From contig CAZNEE010000002.1 of assembly GCA_964572255.1 (NCBI GenBank), positions 210,942-274,941 on the forward strand: DNA of 64,000 nucleotides, read 5' to 3'. Source of the stretch: an uncultured Planctomycetia bacterium (GTDB lineage: Bacteria > Omnitrophota > Gorgyraeia > Tantalellales > Tantalellaceae). Each line of letters opens with the position of its first letter. Positions within the stretch are counted from its first letter, which is position 1. Shown here one piece after another: positions 50,801-62,800 of the stretch. The notes under the pieces were generated by a model. It was not told where the DNA came from. It saw nothing but the letters and a program-made list of their open reading frames with translations, and did no database searches. Made by a program: the position numbers and the translations under genes.

Positions 50801-53800
50801 TTTTGCTTTTTTGACTGATTCTGACAGGCGGGAATAGAACTGTTCTCTCTCTTCATGGAAAAGCGCATGTTGGTTCTCAGATAAGGATTGTATCAGATAC
50901 ACTTTCTCGCTATTAGCAAACCCTCGTATATTCTCATTGTCCTCCAATATTTTTATTTTTTCTCCGCCTGATGCCGCCAGATCCGTTTCTATTATTTTCA
51001 CTCTTGCCTCTCGGCCGTCTTTTGTATAAAGCGGCTCGCCAACAGCATTATAAAAAGCAAGAATGGTCCCCTCTTCTTCCTCTTTTCCTATGATCCCTTC
51101 GGTTATCTGATCCGCTGCTTCCTTATCGCGGAAAAGTTTTCCTATCAGGCCTCCCGTTTCTTCATCCGGGGCCGGCCGCTTTGATAAAACATTTTTCTTC
51201 GCAGCTCTATCCTTGAACCAGTCAATAAGCACTTTTATGCCGGAGATCGGCCATAAGAGCGCGATCGGAAGGAGAATGGCCACAGAAGCAACAAAGGCAA
51301 TAAAAGGATTGGATTTTACATAATCCGCAATACCCGCATACTCTATAATATATTCAAAAACTTCGGCCGAAGTATCGGGCGCGAACCAGCATATGGCAGC
51401 GCTGATGATCATCCCCAAAGTCGCGGCCATGAAATGCCTTCTGTTAAGCATTTTTCTGTACTTCTGCACGTATTCCTCTTTATACGCGTTGGTCTCTCTG
51501 CCCTCCGCCAGATTTCCGATATCTTCCGCTAATTCTTCGGCTGAATAACGCTCTCTTGGGTTCAATTTCAGGCACTTCATTATAACGGCCTGGAGGTTAA
51601 GGCTGATCTTGCTGTTTATTTCTTTGGGAAGTTTCGGAGGATCGAATTTAAGCATGATAAAATCATCCGTAAGTTCGTTCGCGAAAGGTTTTTCGCCCGT
51701 AGCCATCTCATAAAGAAGTATTCCCAACGAGAAGATGTCCACCTTGTATTCTTCCGCGGGTTCTTCCCTGTAATCAATGTACGGAATACCGTGTTTATGC
51801 AGGAATTTGATTATCCGCCTCTTGTAAGACTCATCGGATTCCATGGGTTTTTCGGTCACTGCGAGCGTGACCGACTGTTCGGGCGAGGCATATTCCGGAG
51901 TTCCCAAAAATATATTCTCCATCGTGTCCCTTATGGACCCCGTCTTCTTTATGTCATACCCCCTTGCCGCCAGACCCAGGTCGGCAATGAGCGGCTGATA
52001 CTCGGTAGCTGTATTCAATGCGGCAACCCGTCTCATCAGGACGTTCATCGGCTTCAGGTCCCTGTGGATGATACCCAACGAATGCATATAAGCGATCGAA
52101 TCCGCTATATGCCTGAACAGGCCCACGACCTCTCTCTCGTCATATTTCCTGTACTTAAGACTCTCGATATAATCCCCGAGGGTCGGGCCTTCGATCATTT
52201 CCATGGAATAGAAGGGAATGTTGTGTTTCTTGCGGTCATATACATCGTGTACTTTGATGATCCCTTTATGCGACAGCTCTCTCATATACCTTATCTCTCT
52301 CAGGAACCTTTCCCTCTGCCTCTGGCCGCCCTGTTTCATGACTTTAAGGGCTATGGTCCTGCCCATTTCCCTGTCAAAAACAAGAAAAACGGAACACATG
52401 CCCCCGCTGCCGATCTCCTTGATGATTTCATATCTGTCCTCAAAGACGTCCCCGCTTTTCAGGCCCGTGTTTATATACGCGTTATCCAGTTTTGAAGAGG
52501 ATGCGCTGTCGGGGATCTCCTTCTCCTGAAAAGCCGCAAATAAGGTCCCTCCCAAAACAGTTTTATCGCTGAGATAAGATTTGGACGAGATGTTCTTAAA
52601 TAATTCCAATACTGATCCCTGGCGCGCGTAATCGAGTATTCCCCTTCTTCTTATCGTGCACCAATCCAAAAGCCTCTTCTCGTTCTCCGTCGGCCTTGGC
52701 TTATTTTTCAGCCTTGCGATGTCCAGCTTTAATATATCGTCCATGATCAATATATTGCAGGCATGGGCTTCCTTGTCCACCCATACCTTGTTGAAATCGA
52801 TCGCATTCCCGAGGAACAAGATCGACTCATGCGGAAGCGTTATAAGTCTCGAAAGAAGTTCTTCTCTCCCTTTAATATCATGTCCTGCAGCGGCGTGTTC
52901 CAGCTGTTTCGCGCCGAAAATATTTATCTTAACCTTGAGCGGGTCGTATCCAAGATCCGGGAATATCTTCTTTACGGTTTCCCTGTCAAGTTCATAAGAT
53001 GCAAATTCCCTCTCCCCGTCCGCAATAACGTCTATCTGGAGATCATCCGCCGACCTATCAAGCCAGAAATAACTGCCGGAAGTATAGACCCTGAATGCCT
53101 CTTCATTATTTATCAGTTCATTTTCGATCAGGCGCGGGATAACAACCTCTTCTATTCCCTCTGCCATATATCCTATTCTGTCCTCTACATCCTTCAGGGA
53201 CAAAGGTTCAGTGTTCTGTCCTCTTTTATTTGAGAATTCCACAAGACGCAGCCAGTTTTCCATAGAACCCGATTTATCCGCAGCTTTGAGGCTGTCCATT
53301 ATCGCTGTGCGCGGCCATGATGTCACAACTCTTTGCTCTTGAGGGTCTACCCCCAATCTGTACGGCTTATGATACTTGCCTAAGAGAATATCGGGGCCGT
53401 TGAGGACATATCTTAATGCTTTTTGAAGTTCACCTTTATATAAGGTGTTGGGTTTTTTCGGGTCCTGGATCTGGTCATCCCTGTCGGGATAATTCTCGCG
53501 GAAATGGTCCTGAAGAAGAACGATCGTTCTGTAATGGCCCAGGATGGAACAAAGGATCTCATGAAGCAGGTATTCGTCTACCAAGGGATGTGTGTCGTTT
53601 TCCGGCGGGCCGCGCTGCTTTAATTTGGAAATTACATCTGTTGCCACGTAAAGCTCGTTATCGTCTTTAAGATGATCTCCGTTGCCCAGCATAAAATCAT
53701 TCTCGGCTTTGACGATAATGGAATCAAACCCGTATATCTTGATCTGTTCCTTTCTTTGTTCCGCTAAAAATCCCGCCAATTTCTCTCTTTTATAGTCCGG

Positions 53801-56800
53801 GATCTTGATACCGTTTTCCCGCAGGAACTCGTCCAGATTTGAGCTGTCCTTTCTGTTTCTCTTGAACTGCCTGAAAAATTCAATAAACCTCCCTATCTTA
53901 TCCTTGGGCAGTTTTATCTCATTTCCCTGAAGGAACGCGGTCAACATCCTTTCCTCGTCCTTCTTGTTCTTTAAGAGGTCCCTGATCCTCTTGATCTCGC
54001 TTATCTCGCCTTCGGTCAGCCTCTTCACCCGCTTAGAGCGGTAGCCTTCATGCGCCATCTTCTCTTCCTTGTCCAGGAAGGATTCAAGGAGCTGAAGTAT
54101 CCGGTCGTTATAATCGTCCGTGACATCGTTCTTTCTGATCCTTTCACGTTCCCGATCGAATATATTCTTTGAAGCTTTTCCCTGGCTGATAAAACCGTCC
54201 GGAGTTGTTTTTGAAACTTCGAAAATGGTCACCGTTATCTTGTTCCCCCTAACTTCACTGTCAAAGGTTTCTTCCTTGCCATGCGAAAATCTCATTCCGT
54301 CTCTCCAGCTTTCCACCAATAAAGTTACATCCTTATAATCTTTAGCGATACGGCTGAGCCTCAATAGAAATATCCCCCTTAATTCGACAGGGATAGATAT
54401 TTCCGATAATATTTTTTCAGATTCGGTATTGCGCAGTATGCCGCCGTTGAATATCCTGTAAAGTTCCATTTTAGACGGACCTTCGTCTTCAGATATTATC
54501 CGTATGCCCGGCCTGGAATCTGACCTTCTTCTGACCGCCTGGAGTTTTATTGAAAAATCAACATCCTTATGATTGCCCCACACATGATCACGCAAATTCT
54601 TATTTAGCTCATAGATCACATGCCGGGCAAGTTCCTCCCTGTTTGTGGGAGTTCTTTTGACACTGAAAAATATCTCGTATTCTGTTTTAAAGCTTTCTTT
54701 CTCTTCGAAATCAAACTTCGAAATAAACTTTTTTAATTCACCAAAAGAGTCCTGATCATTATTTACCATGTTCTCTTTACTTAATGTAAATGTTTCAAGA
54801 ATTTCTATATCCTCCCCCTCATCTTGTTTCTCTTTATCCTGAGGCTGTTCTTTTGGTTTTGACTTTTTCTTTAAGATCCATACTGCGATTAAAAACCCTA
54901 TGATCGGCAATAAGAACCCGGCATCGAAATTGACCTTTTGACCCCCCATGAAACAGCCGCCTGAATGATGTGAATGGTCACCTTCGCCCGGAGCTTTGCC
55001 CACATGGACAGTCCCGGGATAATATGAATAATCTCCGTCAGTCTGCCCGTCAGGCATCTCTGTCCTGATAGCCAGATCATAATTTCCCGAATACATGTCA
55101 GACGGAATGTTTATGATGATCGAGGATGTCGATACGCCCGGCACAAAGAATTCTTCCGATCCTATCATGATCGTGTAGCCGTCGGCTGAACCCTGCAGGG
55201 ATCCGGTGTATGGATCCCAGGTAAGCTCAAAAGTCCTGTCATTGTTGCTGGCTGTGACGCTTGTGATCTCGGGCGAGAAAGGCCTCGCATCCGTTGACTC
55301 CGCCCAATGCCGGATAGAATCAGCATTAGCATCAGATATTATAAAGCCCATATCATCCTGCCAGAAAAGCCCGCCATCCACTCCGCTGGCGTATATTGCG
55401 GAATATTTATCCCCAAAATTTGTAGGCTCAAGTTCTCCAAAAATGACCGGCCCGTCAAGCGACGAACCCCAGTTCGTCAAAGGATCCGCTATCGGGAACC
55501 AAACCTCCATATAATCATAATAATGCGGCTGGTAAAGATCCAGGCCCAGATCGGTCCAGTTGTCCATGAGCGTTTCCCTGTTCCTCGCGCCCACTGTGAC
55601 CACTGACCCCGGATCCTGATTATGTATCATCTGAACATGCAGATCCAGAAATCCGTGCACTTGCGCCATCGTCAGAGATGTCAATTCCGGTATCTCTTCG
55701 GGTTCGCTCATCACGTCCCAGGCGACTATTTCCGGACGGTCCGCGTAATCATTGACGAATTGTGCCATTAAGGCAAGTATTGCGTTGATCTTCGCGGGTT
55801 CACTTATTATGTCCGGATGTTCTCCCACAGGATTAGGGCCTTCCATGTCGATGCCGTCCGCGATCAAATAATCGTATAATACCGGCATCAATCTTATACC
55901 CAGAACATTGGCGGCTTCGATCAGGGTATCCATGTCTTCATAAACATGGGCGCTAAAGCCCGTAGGTGTACCTGTTCCGTCAAAAACTATTCCGCTTCTT
56001 AGATCACAGAATAAAAACACTCTCACAGTACAGCCCTTGAAACGATTAAGCTCCTGCAGGAGCAGTTCTCTTCTGGTAGCTAAACCTACATAATCCTCGC
56101 CATTGGCCCCGTCCCCGATATCGTAGCCGTATTCTATCCACAGGTTCGCTCCGCGGGCAAAATCAGAACCGGGCGTTAAGTTCTCGATGATCTGCTGAAC
56201 ATGATCGATCCTTTCAAGCCTTCCGTCAGTGTGATAAATAAGGGTTTCGGTCAGATCCCAGGAAGCGTCATATTCAAATGTACGGACCGTTCCGTCCTCC
56301 AAACGTTCGGTATTCAGATACATCCTCCCGTTAGCTAGATGGTAAGAAGCGCCTGCCTTATTGGTGTATTTCCTTATCGCAAACCCCGGCGTAGCTGTCT
56401 CCTGTACGACCGTTTCATGCACAAATGTCGGATCTCCCCCCGCATCATATCCCCTGATAAAGTGAATAATATCCGTGCCCGCGTAATATTCAGGTTCCTC
56501 GTAACTGCCATCAGGCCATGTTATCCTGTCGATCCTGCCGGACGTTCCGTTGCCGTAGAAATCAAAATCCTCTCTATGCACCACTGTATCAGCCAGGTAG
56601 TCATCCAGCTCATAATCAGGCGTATCGTGGTCCCAATCCTCCAAATATGTCTCTGTTTCGATAAAGCCGGACGGTGAATAGTACGTGTAATCGACCTCCG
56701 CGGCCGCAAGGACCTTGAACGGAAATAAAAGGAAAAGTACGGTGACGAGAAGCATTTTCGTGCCCGAATTCCTGAATGCCCTAAAGACCGCCTTAAAAAT

Positions 56801-59800
56801 GTTCCCTATCAATCGAAATGTCTTGGAAACTGATCTTGATAAAATCCCTGTAACCTTAAATACAAAGACCGCCGGGTAATACCATTTGAACAGGAAAATC
56901 TTATTGGCGAACATGGTCGTTGTGCGGATCTTTCCGTCCGGCTTCTCTATCGGAAATACGCATATATCGTTCGCAATGATCTCTATTGCCGCGTTGACCC
57001 TTATGTATTCCTTGGTTTTCCTGTCCTTGAACATATTCGCGTTGATCGCAAAATTCCATTTCCTGTATTTCCTTTGAATATCATCCTTTTTGAACGGATC
57101 AGGCTCCTCCAGCCACTCCTTGAGATATCTTTTGGCGGCGAATATCCTGCGTATAAGCCTTATATTGGGAATTAAAAGGATCAACGCCCCCACTCCTATT
57201 ATAAAGAGGAAAGATGAAAGCATGGACCACGCACCCGAACCTGCAATTAAAAACGGCGCTGAAAATAAATATCTATAATTCATCTTATTGAGCCTCGCCA
57301 TCTGCTTAAGGACCTTTTCATCCTTCTCATCCAGCGAATAATCTGCGGCCAGGGCTTTTATTAATTCCCTTTTCTCGCTTTGTTTAAGGTTCGCAAAATT
57401 TCCTTTATCTTTAAATCCTTCCATGACAGCATAAGTCTCATTTTTCAGCGTGCCTTTGCGCGCTATATACTCGAAATCGACCGTATCGATTATAAGTAAC
57501 AGGTCCTGCGCGGCTTTGAATAAAGGATTAGTGATAGGTTCTTTTGAAGTGGGTTCTTTCTTTGTCGTTTCTAAAAAGACTGCCATGAAAAAAGGAGCAA
57601 AATATCTGTAATAGTCGGGTGATCCCCTGACTATGTTTGCTTTTGCTTCGAAATCTTCATATGTTGAATTAAATGCCTGCATCTTGGCATCGCTGCCGCC
57701 TTTTCCTTTCGATCTTAGGTCAAGGTATCTGTCCCTGTAATCCGCCATGAGTTTGGATAATCCTTGCGCGTCTTCACACTTCCTCTTTATATAGTGCGCA
57801 AACGCAAGAGCCTGATCTTTGCTCTCCCGGGCTATCCTTTTATTCGGATGATTGATCTTATTCAGATGTTCCGGCATGCCCAGAGCGGCCTGCCTGACCT
57901 TTCTGAACTCGGGCTCTCTGACCCAGTAGGAATATGCTATCGCCTGGGCCGCGCCAGAGACGGTTATCCTTCCGGCCTTTTTCAATGTTATGAAAGGCCT
58001 GTTCGTGATCCAGCGTTCGTTGTTCTCGATCGCTTTTATCATGTCTTCAGCCAACCGCTTGAATTCCCTGTTTCTGCGATCGGTGCTCTCCCTCAATTCT
58101 TTTCTTACAAATTTAGAGTCATTATTGCGTATGCTTCCTGCCGCTTCCTGTCTTTCTCTGAGAAGTTCACCGGCATGTTTTAACACTCTTTTCGCTTTTT
58201 CTGCCAATCCTATTTCAAGTAATTCGCAGGCGGCTTTGATATATATGATCGCGAGCACCTTGACCTTTAAAGGCGATCTCTCGAGATCCTCTATGCATGA
58301 CTTTAAAGTGTTTACAAATCTTCTTTCAGTCTTTCTTCTTAATCTGACCTGCTCTCTTAAGTCCTGCATGCCGGGCAGGAAGGTATGTTTAGCTTCTTCC
58401 CGGGACTTCTTCTCTCTTTTGTCTATATACTCGGTTATCTCGGAGATCTTTTCCCTTATTCTCGGAATATTTATTTTTTCTTCATCTAATTCATAATCGA
58501 TCCTTTCGTCATACCCCCTGTAGACCTGCCATAAAAGAAAGTATCTCGCTCCCTGGTGTCCCGGATGAGCGTATCTTCGCCCGTCCTTAGGATAATATTT
58601 TTGAAAAATGTAAAAGGGCGACCATCCCTTCCAGATCTTCTTGCCGTCTTTTGCCTCATCAAAAACCCTTTTAGGGAGCCTGATCTTCTTCAGCCTTCGG
58701 GGCCTTGCTATCCTTTTCTTAAGAAGGGCAACCTGTTCGCCGGCTATCCTGTTAAGAATATCTCTGACCTTCTTATACGCTTTTGAATCTTCGTAGTTCT
58801 TTAGGTCTTCCGCCTCTTCGACCAGTTTTACCACTTCATCAAAATCCGCTTTTATCAATTTAGCGAAAGCGGGTATTCTTGCAACCGGCTGGTTTTTCTC
58901 TTTCTTTCTGTCCGTTTTTACATCCCCGGCAATTTCGTCAATATCTTGCTTCGCTGAAGCTGTCGCTTCCTTTACTTCTTCTAATAATTCCCCCAATCTC
59001 TTTTCATGTTTTCTGATCCGTCCCTGCAGATACTCTTCACGATATCTTTCATGCTTGATCCTCCATTTCAGAAGTCTTATTTTCTTCTGCAGTTCGATCC
59101 TTTCTGAGATCTTCACGTAAAGTTGGGTATGATACTCAAAGATCGTGATGAATAGATCGTTGTCTACCGGTTCTTCCCTATATAATCTTTCCATGTAGTT
59201 ATAGGGGATTTCTCTTTTTAGCTGTTCGCTTGAGACAGGAGGTTCTGACCTCCCGTAATTATTTTCATTCGCTGCATTGTTCCCCCCGGCGAAAAATTGG
59301 CATATAATAAAGAGGAAGGATAGAACAAGGGCGGGTATCATAAACCTGCCCACCGCACCTTCAGGCAAAGAACCGCTAGTAAATATTGAAGCGGCAAAAA
59401 CTGTTAAAAATCCCAAAACTCCTATGTAACTAAAACCTTTATCGGCTCTTTGCTGCTCTATTTTTTCTTCAATATTCCTTATATAAGGCTCCAATTCGGG
59501 AGCGATATCCCCTCCCAGGCTGACTATAAAATTACGTAAATGGCTCTCCAGCTTTTCTCCCGAATATTTCGGCAGTTCTTCCAAGAGGGCGATCCTGAAA
59601 TTGATATAACTCTTATGAACCACCCGTGTTATTTCCGCCATGAAAGCGGCTATCCTGTCTTTTTTCACATCATCCAAAGGCGTGCTTTTCAGAAGATCCC
59701 TGAATGCCTTGATCAATTTTTTCTCTTTTTCCGGGGACGGAAGGGTTTTGTTCGTCTTCTCTATATCGTCGTAAAAAGACTTCCATTCGGGGCCCAGTTC

Positions 59801-62800
59801 CACAAAAATTCTCTCCCTTTTACCTAACTGAAGCTCTACATCTTCCGACTCTTCTATCTTCTCTATCTTTGGCTTCTCTGATATTTTTTCTGCCGGTTCG
59901 GATTTTTCATCTTCTTCTTTCTTTATGTCTTCGATCATTATATTGAGGCGTTCTCGGATAACTTCTATCCACTCAATGGATTCCTCTTCCAACCCATCAA
60001 ATCGGGAAACCGTTCTATCGAAAACTTTTCTAAACCCTTTAAGGATATTTTTAAATTCAGGATCGGATTCCTGCAATCTTAAAAGAGTGTCCAATGCCAT
60101 ATCAGCTTGGCGTATCCATGCATCAAAATCCTTAACATCTCCGCCTGATAGCTCCTCCATCCGCGCTTTTGTATCATCCAGACTTTTACGGCTGTACCCG
60201 CCGATGCTGTCATAGAAAAAATTCATGAACAGCACGGTGATAATACTTGCTACAACAAACGATAATATTCCCGAAACAGTTATCTCCAGCATAGAATCAG
60301 CCATACCCAATAATGAAGCTATTGATCCGAGAAAAGAAGTTCCAAAAACCAGTAATGGCGTATGCACTATCCCTTTCTGTCCCCGCGCTTCGGGGTGCCC
60401 TCCCAAATCTTTCTCTGTACGAACTATCTCCTCATGCCTGATTACAATTTTCTTGGCAAAATTAGGATCTTGAAGTTTTCCCGTCAGCCAACCGTAAAAG
60501 CCTTTCATCTTGATACCGACATCAGCCAATTTAGTCTTTACATCGCTATCGATGCACCTCCCGTACTTCTCCAATGCTCTTTCTTCCTCAAGCAGGCCCA
60601 GCAATAACAACCTCTGTTTTTCCTTTCCTTGCTTGTCCTTATAAGCTGTATTATTGAATTTGTCGGTTTCCGTCTTGTGCCTATCTCTTATTTCGGGCAA
60701 ATAGAGATCTAGTAAAAATTTTCTTTCCGCAAAAAGGACCAGCAGGATCTTCGCCAAGGCGGACTTCCTGCTGGGATCGATCAATATCAACTGTTGATAT
60801 ACACTTACCTTTATATAAACATTCCCCGTATCCGCCTCTATGCATATTTTCTGCCCCGAAAAAGGCATGGTGGAATCTTCGCTGCAGATGAATATCCCTC
60901 TTTCACCCTTTTTATACTTTTCATCGCTTCGCATTTTTTCTATAAGTTGAATAGCGTCTTTAATAAACGCGAGCTGCCGCTCCAACTTATCGATCGCAAG
61001 CTTGTCTTTTTTCTCTTTCACTTTCAGAAATTCTATTTCCTCTTTTACTTCCGCAAATCCCTCGGAATTAAGGACTTCTTCGCGTAACTTATTCAAATAA
61101 GCGGGAGACAATCTTTCATCTAAAATAGTGCGCTTTTTTCCCTTAACAATAAGAGACTGAATTTCCTCGTCAAAATATGATTTCATTTGCCTTTCATAAT
61201 CATTTAAATCTCCAAAATAACGCAATACTTCAATATATTGCATTACCTTTTTCAGAATTGTAAGAAACTCTTCTTTGCCGATAGACTCGAAATCAACCTT
61301 GGTCATCTCTTCGATATCAGCCCCCCAATTATACTCTACTGCCGCTATCCCATTTTGGAGCAATTTGAACGGCTCCATTAAGGGCTCCAATTCTGTTTCT
61401 ATTTTTTCCTTTTCCCCTTCGAGGAATTTAACCACATCCTGTAAAGTTTTTTCGTCTACCTTTTCTATTTCGCCATCCTGTTTTTTATGATCCGCTATGC
61501 TAAGAGCCTCTAACAAATTAGTTCCCGCATTAGTGCCCGCAAAAAACCGGTACATAACAAACATAAGAGATAAAATAACAATGGGGACCATAAATCCGCC
61601 GCTAAACAGTGAAGCGGCAAGACCTGTCAGAAATACAGGAATCCCTATGAAGATAAACCCTTCATCGGATCTCTTTTTTCCTTTCTGTTCTCCTGCTGAG
61701 GATTCTTCCGCTTTTTTGATAGGCACGATCTTTACAACAGTCTCTACCCCTCCTCCCCAAAAATGTTTTTTAGTGATCTCGGTATCAATCCTATAGCCTA
61801 TTCTGCCCAAAGCCTCTTTTAAGATATTGAGAGTCCATATCGCGGCATCCCTCTCTCCTTGCTTTTCTATGTCTCGCAGGATCTTTTGGATGTCTTCGCC
61901 ATATTTTTTGGCATTATTGCCGAGTCTTGCGAATATTGCATAAATAGCTTCTTCCGTATGGCCCAGATATATGCCTGAGCGTAAAAAGCCGTTCCAGGAT
62001 TCAGCCCATACCTGGTCAAATTCTTTCTGATATTTAAAAATATTGTGTAAGCGCTGTTCATCCGGCGGGGCGAAAAGGATCTTATTCTTTTTCTTTTTAA
62101 ACAGGGTTAATAGAAGGTTTTCCGCATCATAGAAATTTCCGTATTTTCCCAGCATCTCAGCTGCAAACTTGAAAGCTTCATCGTTCCCATGCCCCATATG
62201 ATCCAGGGAAACCACAACCGTATCCCGTAAAGAGTTTCTTATCTTGGACCAGCCCATATTTGTTTTGGCATATTTTTTAACGATTTTTCTAACCGTTTCT
62301 TTGGCCACATGATCGTTTGCGCCTGTTAAGTTGAAAAGTAACGGATTGATCACATCCGGCCCTGATTTTGCCAACTTACCTATCTTTTCTTTATCGCTTA
62401 AAGAAGCGTCTTTAACGATATTTTCAGCGACCGTGATAAATTTCGATACTTCTTTAAACCTGTCTCTTATCTCCCTTTTACACATCTCGCCGTAAAGCAA
62501 TGTGAAAAAGAGGTCTTCATTGTTTTTCAAAACATCTTTCGCTGTCGTGTCCTTTTCGATCAAACTTACGACTCTTTTAAGGACTCTATTCCTTAACTCC
62601 TGGCCTAAACGAATCTTTTCCAGGTAATCATCATCTGGGACAGTTCCGCTTCTTTTAATTGTTCGTGCCAGGTTTGCAGCACTGGAATTGAAAGTTATGT
62701 CCAAAGATTTTAAATTTTTCAGGAATTTATCGATGATCTGGGCAATGATCTTGCTTTTATCCACCTTTTTCGAGTAAGCTATTATTCTCTCGGTTGCCAC

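Noticed and set aside
60870-60925. KKGERG|IFICSED as another prepilin-like site
   Set aside because: Not followed by a hydrophobic helix.
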